Origin: a virus
Virus record (IMG/VR): IMGVR_UViG_3300024274_000264
DNA: 64,000 bases
Strand: one strand, 5' to 3'
Within the stretch, counting starts at the first letter, position 1, and the number at the start of each line of letters is the position of its first letter. Below the pieces are notes generated by a model. The model saw nothing but the letters and a program-made list of their open reading frames with translations. It searched no databases and was not told where the DNA came from. The translations under genes were made by a program, and so were the position numbers. This document shows, piece after piece, positions 1 through 7,901 of this stretch.

Positions 1-30
1 TGATCCGCTGACTAGAGAGCTAAAACTGTT

Positions 31-489
31 ATGAAATATAATATAAAACTCATTTGTGAAAAACTCAATGTGACGCACCCACAACATGATAAAATAATGG
101 AACGTGTGTCCGAACTGAAAGCAGATGTTGAAAGTTTATTTAAAGATCAGGAATATCTGGATTTCCACTTAAAAAACAGAAACGAAGAAGCGACAGAAAA
201 ATCAGCTTTTATCTTTTTAAGACATTTGCCAAAGTATACACTCTCATTAAGTTTTCAAAACCATGAGTTTTACATTGCTGAATATGGAGAATATTTGTCT
301 GAAACAAAGATTGAAATAATGATAGCTAATGTTTTTAACATTAAGGAATATATCTTTAAAAAAATTCCAAATTATTTGAAATATAGAACTGGTGCATTTT
401 CTCTTGACCTTATAGATTATGAATTTCCGATAACAGCTTTGCCAAAAATTCATATCAAAATAAATGAACAATGGAATGGCCTCTGGTAA
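31..489 (+). CDS. Hypothetical protein immediately upstream of the first DnaE split-intein C-half
   Basis: 152-aa ORF; ATGA overlap with an upstream frame ending DPLTRELKLL*; weak similarity to ORF 1865..2320. Confidence 0.7.
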   Translation: MKYNIKLICEKLNVTHPQHDKIMERVSELKADVESLFKDQEYLDFHLKNRNEEATEKSAFIFLRHLPKYTLSLSFQNHEFYIAEYGEYLSETKIEIMIANVFNIKEYIFKKIPNYLKYRTGAFSLDLIDYEFPITALPKIHIKINEQWNGLW

Positions 490-494
490 ACATA

Positions 495-599
495 ATGAAA
501 CTAAAATCAAAAACATATAGAAAATATACTGGAAAGGTTTATGACCTTTCTGTTGAGAATAAAAGTTCGTATAACGTCGAGGGTTTTCCTGTGCATAAT
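495..599 (+). mobile_element. Split intein C-half IntC1 (35 aa); partner N-half outside window
   Basis: MKLKSKTYRKYTGKVYDLSV..FPVHN followed by S+1; block F (VYDL) and block G (HN). Confidence 0.92.
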
Positions 600-1874
600 T
601 CTGGTGCGGGATCTTTAGTTTGTTACCTTTTAGGAATTACCCAGGTTGATCCAATTAAACATGGACTTTTGTTTGAAAGGTTTTTAAGTAAAAAGAAAGC
701 ATGTCTCGGAGAAGATTCTTGGGTCTTGACCTATACGGGTCCTAAACAATTAAAAAATATTAAAATCGGAGACCGAATTAAAACTCATACAGGAAAATAT
801 TTTCCTACCGTGGCAATTGATCTAACAAAAGATCGTACAGACTGGTATGAAATTACGTATGGTTATTGGCTAAATCATACCAGTCTTGGTTTGAAAGGTT
901 TTCATAGACCATTTTATAGCGTTGGAAAATTGATAGCTAGTTCAAATCATAAATTTATTACAGCTCAACAATTTAATTGTCCACATATACAAAAAATTCC
1001 TTTAGATGTAAAATATAAAGATGTATCTGTTGAATTTATAAAATCAGTAGTAGATAATAGTTTTACAAAAACTCAGCCAAGATTTTATGGGAATGGATCT
1101 GATAATAAAACTTGGGAAATTTTTTCTATCGAAAAAGGTAAAGTCCCATTAACTTTAATTGATATTAAATTGGAAGCCGACCATACATTTTGGGTTTCAG
1201 ATAAAAAAGATGGCGTGTATGTTTTATCCCACAATTCCTTACCTGACATTGATAGCGATTGTGCAGACAGAGAAGAGGCAATTAAAATTCTTATCGAGCA
1301 TTTTGGAGAAGAATGCGTATTACCTGTTTCAAACTATAACCAACTTCAACTTAAATCCTTAATTAAAGATTTGGCTAGGTTATACCAAATTCCATTTGAA
1401 GAAATCAATCCAATTACTCAAAAAATTGAAAAAGAAACACTTGACGAAGATAAGAAACAAGATGGTTTCGATCGAGGTGTTTGGTTTCTTTCTTATGAAA
1501 GTGCCGAGAAAAACTCTCCAACTTTTAACAAACTATTGGAAGATTATCCACAACTTGAAGCGAGCATAAAAGTATTATTCAAACAAATAAAATCATGTTT
1601 TACGGAGGACACATTACTGTTGACTAACAGCGGTTGGAAAAAATACTCTGAAATTACAGAGCAAGACAAGATAGCATTTATTGACAACGTTGGAGAAATT
1701 CAATATAGTTCAGACTTTTTTAAAGTCGAAAATGGAGAAAAAGAAGTTTACAAAATTGAAACTTTAGATGGAAAGGTTTTGGAACTAACTGAAGACCATT
1801 TAGTTCAAACCGATAAAGGTTGGAAACAGGTAAAAGATTTAACAAATGAGGATTCTCTAATCGGATGGATATAA
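495..1874 (+). CDS. dnaE: DnaE fragment (IntC1 - palm extein with cis mini-intein - IntN2)
   Basis: Exteins SGAGSLVCYLLGIT..LLFERFL and SLPDIDSD (two catalytic Asp); begins with an intein C-half and ends with an intein N-half; ATG 495 preferred over 471. Confidence 0.95.
   Translation: MKLKSKTYRKYTGKVYDLSVENKSSYNVEGFPVHNSGAGSLVCYLLGITQVDPIKHGLLFERFLSKKKACLGEDSWVLTYTGPKQLKNIKIGDRIKTHTGKYFPTVAIDLTKDRTDWYEITYGYWLNHTSLGLKGFHRPFYSVGKLIASSNHKFITAQQFNCPHIQKIPLDVKYKDVSVEFIKSVVDNSFTKTQPRFYGNGSDNKTWEIFSIEKGKVPLTLIDIKLEADHTFWVSDKKDGVYVLSHNSLPDIDSDCADREEAIKILIEHFGEECVLPVSNYNQLQLKSLIKDLARLYQIPFEEINPITQKIEKETLDEDKKQDGFDRGVWFLSYESAEKNSPTFNKLLEDYPQLEASIKVLFKQIKSCFTEDTLLLTNSGWKKYSEITEQDKIAFIDNVGEIQYSSDFFKVENGEKEVYKIETLDGKVLELTEDHLVQTDKGWKQVKDLTNEDSLIGWI
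702..1235 (+). mobile_element. Cis mini-intein (178 aa, no endonuclease) in DnaE
   Basis: CLGEDSWV start, SSNHKF block B, LIDIKL..HTF block F, SHN/S end; removal restores ERFLSKKKA-SLPDID. Confidence 0.92.
1596..1874 (+). mobile_element. Split intein N-half IntN2 (92 aa)
   Basis: CFTEDTLLLT block A, LTEDH block B, GWKQVKDL then stop. Confidence 0.93.
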
Positions 1875-2320
1875 AGCAATTTTTTTCTGAAGACTATGAA
1901 AAAGTAACTTTAGAAAAGTCTCAAGCTGTTTTTGAATTGTTTTATAGTTTGGTTGATCAGTTAAAAACTAGAAAAATTATACATTCGGAAAAATTGATAT
2001 TGCTTGAAGAATTAGATGTATTTGCTATTAGTTGTCAAGATATGTCTATTGAATTTTTACGCAAATGTAAGTTCTTATCCGAAAAAGAGATTCAAGAGAT
2101 GTTTGTTACTATTTATACAATTAGCGATGAAAAAGTTCTTACCCCACACGATACTTGGATTTGGATTAATAATATCCAACTAACAAATAAATTTAAACCA
2201 CAATTTTCTTTAGGTATAAATTATGATGGAATTGAACTCTATTCTTATCTTTTGGAAATAGAAAATCAAAAAATAATAGGTCTCAAGTTGGAGCGAGAAT
2301 TCGGCGATGAAACAGAATAA
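1865..2320 (+). CDS. Hypothetical protein between IntN2 and IntC2
   Basis: 151-aa ORF overlapping both flanking dnaE pieces; no endonuclease motif recognised. Confidence 0.75.
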   Translation: MDIKQFFSEDYEKVTLEKSQAVFELFYSLVDQLKTRKIIHSEKLILLEELDVFAISCQDMSIEFLRKCKFLSEKEIQEMFVTIYTISDEKVLTPHDTWIWINNIQLTNKFKPQFSLGINYDGIELYSYLLEIENQKIIGLKLEREFGDETE

Positions 2321-2441
2321 AATAATCTCAATTCAAAAAATTGGTAAGAAACCTGTCTTTGATATTCACCACAATATTCCAACAGGTGCTTTTATTGACG
2401 ATCAGCCTAATATAGTGACCGAAGCTGGATTAATTTCAAAT
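2307..2441 (+). mobile_element. Split intein C-half IntC2 (45 aa, atypical)
   Basis: KIISIQKIGKKPVFDI..GLISN then C+1; joining gives KQIKS-CGRHAGG, matching the DnaE RxxGxHAGG motif. Confidence 0.88.
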
Positions 2442-3533
2442 TGCGGTCGCCACGCTGGCGGCGTTGTCCTCACTGACTCGCCGATCGAAAACCAGAATAT
2501 GCCTCTGATTATTGGCGGCAAGGGTGAGAAAAGATCGCTCCAAACACCTTGGACAGAAGGTGTAAACTTCAGAATGCTAGAACATTTTGGATTTCTTAAG
2601 TTTGACTTTTTGGCACTTGGAACACTCCGTATTTTTGAAAACACGGTAAGAAAAATATTAAAAAAACAAACAGGAAGACAAGAATCCGAAATACCATTTG
2701 AAGAAGTTCAAAAATGGTTTAATGATCATTTGTCACCAGACAATAATCCAATGGATGATCTTAAAGTTTATGAAAACGTGTTTTGGAATGGAAATTTTAT
2801 TTCGATTTTCCAGTTCGTAAAACCAAACACACAAGATTTTATGAAAAGGATGAAGCCTAGATCGGTCAAAGATATTGCGATTGCGACTTCAATACACCGC
2901 CCAGGCCCACTAGGATTAAAAGTAGATAGAGACTTTTTAGCGAATAGAGCAAACCCAGATTTGATTAAATATGAACATCCATTCTTAAAAGAAGTTTTAG
3001 AACCAACAAGCGGACTCTTAATTTTTCAAGAACAGTTACAGTTAATTTATCATCATTTATGTGGAGTTCCTCTCGACGAAACAGATTCCGTTCGTAAAGC
3101 ATTTACAAAGAAAGAAATCAACAACAAGGAAAAAGCGGCAAAAGAACGTGAGAAGTTAAAAGCTGAGTTTGTAGAAAAAACAAAAACCTTTGCAGGTCTT
3201 GAAGAACAAAAGGCATCAAAGTTTTTTGATAAAATGGAAAAATTGGTTGCGTATTCGTTTAACCAATGTTTGCATGGAGATTCACTTGTAGAAACTCAAA
3301 ACGGATTTAAGAAAATTAAAGAGGTTATACCAAACCAAGATTTAGTCAATAGTGTCAATGGATTTGTAAAAGTAAAAAATAAGTTTGAAAATGGTGTGAA
3401 AAATTTGGTTAAAATTAAAACGAAGTCTGGTAAAGAATTAGTCTGTACGTTAGATCATAAAATTCAAACACCTAATGGCATGAAAACTGTTAAAGAAATA
3501 ATAGAGCAAAAGCTTCAAATTATAGTAAAATAA
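2307..3533 (+). CDS. dnaE: DnaE fragment (IntC2 - palm/fingers extein - IntN3)
   Basis: CGRHAGGVV, FLKFDFLAL (third catalytic Asp), IFQF, HRPGP, LIFQEQL, AYSFNQ. Confidence 0.95.
   Translation: MKQNKIISIQKIGKKPVFDIHHNIPTGAFIDDQPNIVTEAGLISNCGRHAGGVVLTDSPIENQNMPLIIGGKGEKRSLQTPWTEGVNFRMLEHFGFLKFDFLALGTLRIFENTVRKILKKQTGRQESEIPFEEVQKWFNDHLSPDNNPMDDLKVYENVFWNGNFISIFQFVKPNTQDFMKRMKPRSVKDIAIATSIHRPGPLGLKVDRDFLANRANPDLIKYEHPFLKEVLEPTSGLLIFQEQLQLIYHHLCGVPLDETDSVRKAFTKKEINNKEKAAKEREKLKAEFVEKTKTFAGLEEQKASKFFDKMEKLVAYSFNQCLHGDSLVETQNGFKKIKEVIPNQDLVNSVNGFVKVKNKFENGVKNLVKIKTKSGKELVCTLDHKIQTPNGMKTVKEIIEQKLQIIVK
3267..3533 (+). mobile_element. Split intein N-half IntN3 (88 aa)
   Basis: CLHGDSLVET block A, CTLDHKI block B, then stop. 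Confidence 0.93.
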
Positions 3534-3553
3534 TTGTATCTGGTTTTAGTCAA

Positions 3554-3691
3554 ATGCAAAAATGTATGATCTGTAATCAAGAATTTAAGGTTATAAGATG
3601 GAAAATATTACGAATTTGGGAAAGCGAGATTAATTCTGATTTTGATTCGGTTCTCAAAAAAATAGAAGCTTTTGTAAAGGAAAAAAAATAA
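3554..3691 (+). pseudogene. Internally deleted Vsr/DUF559-like endonuclease remnant (45 aa)
   Basis: Own translation MQKCMICNQEFKVIRWKILRIWESEINSDFDSVLKKIEAFVKEKK*: a CxxC start fused to the WxxLRIWE motif; TAATG-coupled to IntC3. Confidence 0.7.
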
Positions 3692-3801
3692 TGCTAGACG
3701 AGATCGATTCTGTTGAGTTTTATGGTATTGAAGAAACTTATGATTTGGAAGTGGATCATGAAGACCATACTTTTTATGCTAATGATATTTCTGTTTCTAA
3801 T
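3691..3801 (+). mobile_element. Split intein C-half IntC3 (37 aa, very acidic)
   Basis: EIDSVEFYGIEETYDLEV..HTFYANDISVSN then S+1; joining restores YSFNQ-SHA (FNKSH motif). Confidence 0.92.
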
Positions 3802-4833
3802 AGCCACGCAATTTCTTATTCAATAGCTACTTTTCAATGCAGCTATCTTTTAACATATCATCCAGATGAATGGATAACAGCTTGTTTAGATTATGCCGCT
3901 CTTGAAAAGGGTAAAGTTGTTGGTCAAGAAGATCCCAAAGCTGTTGCAATGAGAGAGGCACAAAAACTTGGCTATAAATTCTCAAAACCAGATATTAACT
4001 TCTCAAGTGCGGGATATGAAATGCATCCATTTAAAGAAAAAACAATAATTCCAGGATTGACAACAATTGATGGAATTGGAGAAGCAGCGCTCGAAGAAAT
4101 TAACAGAAATAAACCTTATAAAGATATAAAAGACTTATTAATAAAAGAAGATGGTTCTTGGAAACATTCTAAATTTAATCGTAAAGGATTAACAAATCTT
4201 ATTTGCTTAGAGGCCCTCGATAGTTTAAATCTTGTTTCGCCAACTGGTGAATTATCAAATTACAAACAAGCGTTTAATGTTATTGTCGAAAATTTTGATT
4301 TATTAAAGAAAACTTCAGCAAAGAAGAAAAATAATAACATTCAACCAATTTTAGATGAACTAATAAAAAAAGAACAAGAATTAAAAACAGAAGATTGGTC
4401 AAGAGCAGAAAAAACTAAATATTGGCTCGAACTTGCAGGTAGCGCAGACTTAAGTTTAATTCTTGATCCAAAATATTTTGAAGCAATAAAAGAGATGAAT
4501 CTTATAAGCGTTGATGAGATTAGAGAAATCGATTTTCTTGAAGAAGGAGAAAAGAAAAAGATCACAGAACAAGTTTGGTTTATTTTAAGAAAAGCAATAT
4601 TAAAAACAACAAAAACAGGAAAAATTTACGCCGAACTCTCTGTAATTGGAGAAAAGTTTTCAGACTTAACAGTAAAAGTTTGGGACATAAGTCCAACAGA
4701 AAACTTCGAAGCGTACCCAGTGTACGAGGTTTATTGCGGATCAATTACAAAAGACAAATATGGACTATCAACCAAACTAGATAAAATTGCTTCTTTGTCA
4801 GAAATTTATGATTATCTTTTTTCTGGCAATTGA
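3691..4833 (+). CDS. dnaE: DnaE C-terminal fragment (IntC3 - fingers/HhH/OB-fold)
   Basis: SHAISYS, YHPDEW, PDINFS, GLTTIDGIGE (HhH), C-terminal OB-like KTTKTGKIYAEL. Confidence 0.93.
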   Translation: MLDEIDSVEFYGIEETYDLEVDHEDHTFYANDISVSNSHAISYSIATFQCSYLLTYHPDEWITACLDYAALEKGKVVGQEDPKAVAMREAQKLGYKFSKPDINFSSAGYEMHPFKEKTIIPGLTTIDGIGEAALEEINRNKPYKDIKDLLIKEDGSWKHSKFNRKGLTNLICLEALDSLNLVSPTGELSNYKQAFNVIVENFDLLKKTSAKKKNNNIQPILDELIKKEQELKTEDWSRAEKTKYWLELAGSADLSLILDPKYFEAIKEMNLISVDEIREIDFLEEGEKKKITEQVWFILRKAILKTTKTGKIYAELSVIGEKFSDLTVKVWDISPTENFEAYPVYEVYCGSITKDKYGLSTKLDKIASLSEIYDYLFSGN

Positions 4834-4869
4834 CTACAATTTCGAAGATTCATACTTATATGAGTTAAA

Positions 4870-6246
4870 ATGGCACAAGGTATAAAAAATAGAAAAATTG
4901 GTGATATTTTTATTGATGAAGGAAACAAACAAATAATCTATACATTAACAAAACTTGAAATTTTTAATGGTGAATTTGGTAATATCAATTCTGATATTTT
5001 AAACTTAATAGAGAATGAGACATTCGAAGTAGCAAACAAGGTTAATATTAAAAAAACAGATCGTGTGAAAAGTGCTGTATTAGTACAGTTAACACGAAAT
5101 AAAACTAAGCAAGAATATAACTTAGTTAGATATTTTGATAAAGAAATTAATTCAAAATCTGATATTCCTACATGGGGAGGATTAAGTCTAAGAGATGATT
5201 TTGATCTTAGGTTTGGGATTAAACCAAGACTAAAATCTGCTATTGCGGGGCAAGCATTATATCAGCCATCAAAATTTGACTTTTCTGAATTGTTCACAGA
5301 CACAAAATCAATTGTCGAAACGGACAGATTTCAAGATCCAAATAAAATTTATAATACTTTGTTAAAAAAAGCAAAAGGAGATAGAACTAAGTTTGGATTA
5401 GTTATTCTTAAAATTTTGCTTGGATTAAAAAATAATAATTCAATTACAATACCTGATGGTTCACGTTTTTTAAAAGAAATAAATATATATGTTTCAGAAT
5501 TTATTGTTCCGTTGATGATTGCAATGAATAAAACATCAATTATGTTTGATAAACCGATGCTGAATATTGCCTCTAAGGCAAACCAAATAGGTTATGATGC
5601 AGAAATAAAAGATTTAACTTCTGGAAAAAATTATTTGGTTTCTGTAAAGCAGGGCGGTAGTCGTAGCAAACATGGAGCCTATGGATCAATTGCTTTTATT
5701 GCAAAGATTTTATCTGAAAAAAGATCAGTTTTAGAAAAACGAATATCAAATTTTGATTTGTTTGAAAAACTTTTAGGTATACTTCTTGGAAATTCTTCTT
5801 CTGAAGAAGATGAGAAAAATATAATATTATCGTTAACAAAACGAAAGACTTATAAAAATTTAATTGCTGTTGCCTCTAAACTTGGAATAGACAATTCTCA
5901 AATTGATACAATTACGACACAATTAAGTTCGCCAAGTTTTAATTTCGATCAAAAGATTGAATTACTTAATAAATTTGCATTAAATGTTTATTCAAAACTG
6001 AATGAAAATAAATGGTTCAAAGAGACTACAAAAACTATTTTGCAACTTGTGAATTTCATTCAAGCAAAACTTCTTATAACATCAAATAAGAATGGCGACC
6101 TACAAATACTTGGTGTTGAAGTTAACACACTGGATGAAAATGAAATTGATTTTAGTGCCAAGAAAAGCTATTTTGGAAATAAGTTGGCTACTGGACATGG
6201 TGGGTTTTTACTAAAAGAAATCGAAAAAGAAACTTTAGAATCATAG
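4870..6246 (+). CDS. Hypothetical protein, possible PD-(D/E)XK nuclease-like fold
   Basis: 458-aa ORF; YDAEIKD..LVSVK resembles a D..SxK variant; TACTTA 11 nt upstream. Confidence 0.45.
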   Translation: MAQGIKNRKIGDIFIDEGNKQIIYTLTKLEIFNGEFGNINSDILNLIENETFEVANKVNIKKTDRVKSAVLVQLTRNKTKQEYNLVRYFDKEINSKSDIPTWGGLSLRDDFDLRFGIKPRLKSAIAGQALYQPSKFDFSELFTDTKSIVETDRFQDPNKIYNTLLKKAKGDRTKFGLVILKILLGLKNNNSITIPDGSRFLKEINIYVSEFIVPLMIAMNKTSIMFDKPMLNIASKANQIGYDAEIKDLTSGKNYLVSVKQGGSRSKHGAYGSIAFIAKILSEKRSVLEKRISNFDLFEKLLGILLGNSSSEEDEKNIILSLTKRKTYKNLIAVASKLGIDNSQIDTITTQLSSPSFNFDQKIELLNKFALNVYSKLNENKWFKETTKTILQLVNFIQAKLLITSNKNGDLQILGVEVNTLDENEIDFSAKKSYFGNKLATGHGGFLLKEIEKETLES

Positions 6247-6282
6247 TCTTTTCTTTATTTAAAGGTTATAATTAATTTTGTT

Positions 6283-7194
6283 ATGAATGATATCCTTGAC
6301 GAAAACACAAAAGAAAAGCTTAAAAGAAAAATAAAAGAATATATTCCAGTGAAAGATAAAATCATTACCGAAGCAAAAACCTTCATTTCGGAAGCTGTGT
6401 ATTTTATTGCAAAACCATTTATTCTTAAAACAGAAAAACTAAGTCCTTTCACAAAAGACAATCATTTTTCTCTTTATAGAAGCTATATAGAAGCCGTAAA
6501 TCAAATTAGCCCAAAAATTGATACGGTTAATAAAGTCATGGATTCGTTAAATCCAACAAATTCTGAATTCAGAAGACTAAAACTTGATGAACAATCTAAT
6601 TTCAATGGAATAAAGTTTCACGAACTCTATTTTTCAAACATATCCGACTTAAATTCTCAAGTTAGAGCAGATAGTATTCCATTCATAAGACTCTCAAAAG
6701 ATTTTGGAACATTCGAACAGTGGCAATTAGATTTTAGATCATGTGGAATGGTTGCTTTAGAAGGTTGGGCAGTATGTTACTATGATCCATATTCAAAAAA
6801 ATACATGAACTGTGTTATCGAAAAACACTCAGAAAATATACCAGTTATGGGAATTCCAGTTATTGTTGTCGATACTTTTCATCATGCTTGGTTTAAAGAT
6901 TATAGTGGCGATAAAAAAGGCTACCTTAATGGGACTCTTCAAGAGTTAAATTGGGCAGTTATAGAGCAGAGAATGATGATTGCCGAAAGAGCAAACTTAG
7001 ATCAAATTTATGCGGTACAACCAATTCAAACTTCGAATATTAATTCTTTGGTTGCAATGGATGCGCCAGTTAATAAAATGCCAATAGAACCAGTTCCAGG
7101 AATGCCAGGTATAACACCAACTCTTCCTCCAGTAACAACACAACAACAACCTTTAGTTTCAATTAAAGAAAGCAAAAAAAATGAAAAAAAATAA
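6283..7194 (+). CDS. Fe/Mn superoxide dismutase-like protein with N- and C-terminal extensions
   Basis: HFSLYRSY, FHELYFSN, DFGTFEQW, GWA, DTFHHAW (cf. DxWEHAY), LNW. Confidence 0.85.
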   Translation: MNDILDENTKEKLKRKIKEYIPVKDKIITEAKTFISEAVYFIAKPFILKTEKLSPFTKDNHFSLYRSYIEAVNQISPKIDTVNKVMDSLNPTNSEFRRLKLDEQSNFNGIKFHELYFSNISDLNSQVRADSIPFIRLSKDFGTFEQWQLDFRSCGMVALEGWAVCYYDPYSKKYMNCVIEKHSENIPVMGIPVIVVDTFHHAWFKDYSGDKKGYLNGTLQELNWAVIEQRMMIAERANLDQIYAVQPIQTSNINSLVAMDAPVNKMPIEPVPGMPGITPTLPPVTTQQQPLVSIKESKKNEKK

Positions 7195-7894
7195 GTTAGT
7201 TAAAGAGGAAAAGAAAAAAGACGTTCAAACAATTCCTGTTGTTTCAACAAAATCATCAACATTGCCTCAAGATATGTCTCTTGATCAAAAGGTCGACAGA
7301 TATCTCATTCAATATGAAAGAGAATCTATCCCACAATCTCAAATGTTTGCAGGACTAGGAGGCTCTCCAAGACCTTCAATTCCAAACGCAATAGCTCAAT
7401 TAAGAGAACATAAATTGATTAATTTCATTTTTGAAGCTGATGAAAAAGATCCAGAACTCGATCTAGGTGGCGATGTAGGAGGAGAAAAAGATTCTTCTGG
7501 CGGATTAGATTTAGGTGGATCTGATTCTCCTGGTGATGCCGATACCGCGGAAACAGATGCCCCAGAAGTAGAAACACCAGAATTAATGTTGAACGTTCAG
7601 AAATTTGCTGCAAACATAGCAAGATTAGTTAATAACTATGACGTTATGCTTGATCCAAAATCTGTAATTTTAAACAGAGTTTATGTTTACCTTCTTAAAA
7701 ACTACAACGAACAAACTGCCAAGGAATGTATGATCGTATTAAACAAATATTATCAGCTTAGCCCAAATTCAAAAGCAATGAAATCAACACAAGCAGGCTC
7801 TGCCTATTATTCCGCAGTTGGAAATTTAGCAGATGGTGGTTCTATTCCTAGTGGTGGTGGTGGAATGGGTGGCGGAGAATCAGGAGGGATTTAA
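7181..7894 (+). CDS. Hypothetical acidic/Gly-rich protein, probably virion-associated
   Basis: 237-aa ORF with low-complexity D/G linker and an internal NFIFEA. Confidence 0.6.
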   Translation: MKKNKLVKEEKKKDVQTIPVVSTKSSTLPQDMSLDQKVDRYLIQYERESIPQSQMFAGLGGSPRPSIPNAIAQLREHKLINFIFEADEKDPELDLGGDVGGEKDSSGGLDLGGSDSPGDADTAETDAPEVETPELMLNVQKFAANIARLVNNYDVMLDPKSVILNRVYVYLLKNYNEQTAKECMIVLNKYYQLSPNSKAMKSTQAGSAYYSAVGNLADGGSIPSGGGGMGGGESGGI

Positions 7895-7901
7895 AAACCT
7901 C

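Noticed and set aside
1872-2306. dnaE breaks explained by stop-codon recoding, sequencing frameshifts or group I introns
   Set aside because: Breaks fall precisely between intein N- and C-halves, each with its own stop and start, and the gaps hold separate ORFs. TAA, TAG and TGA all end normal-length genes elsewhere. No intron core was recognised.
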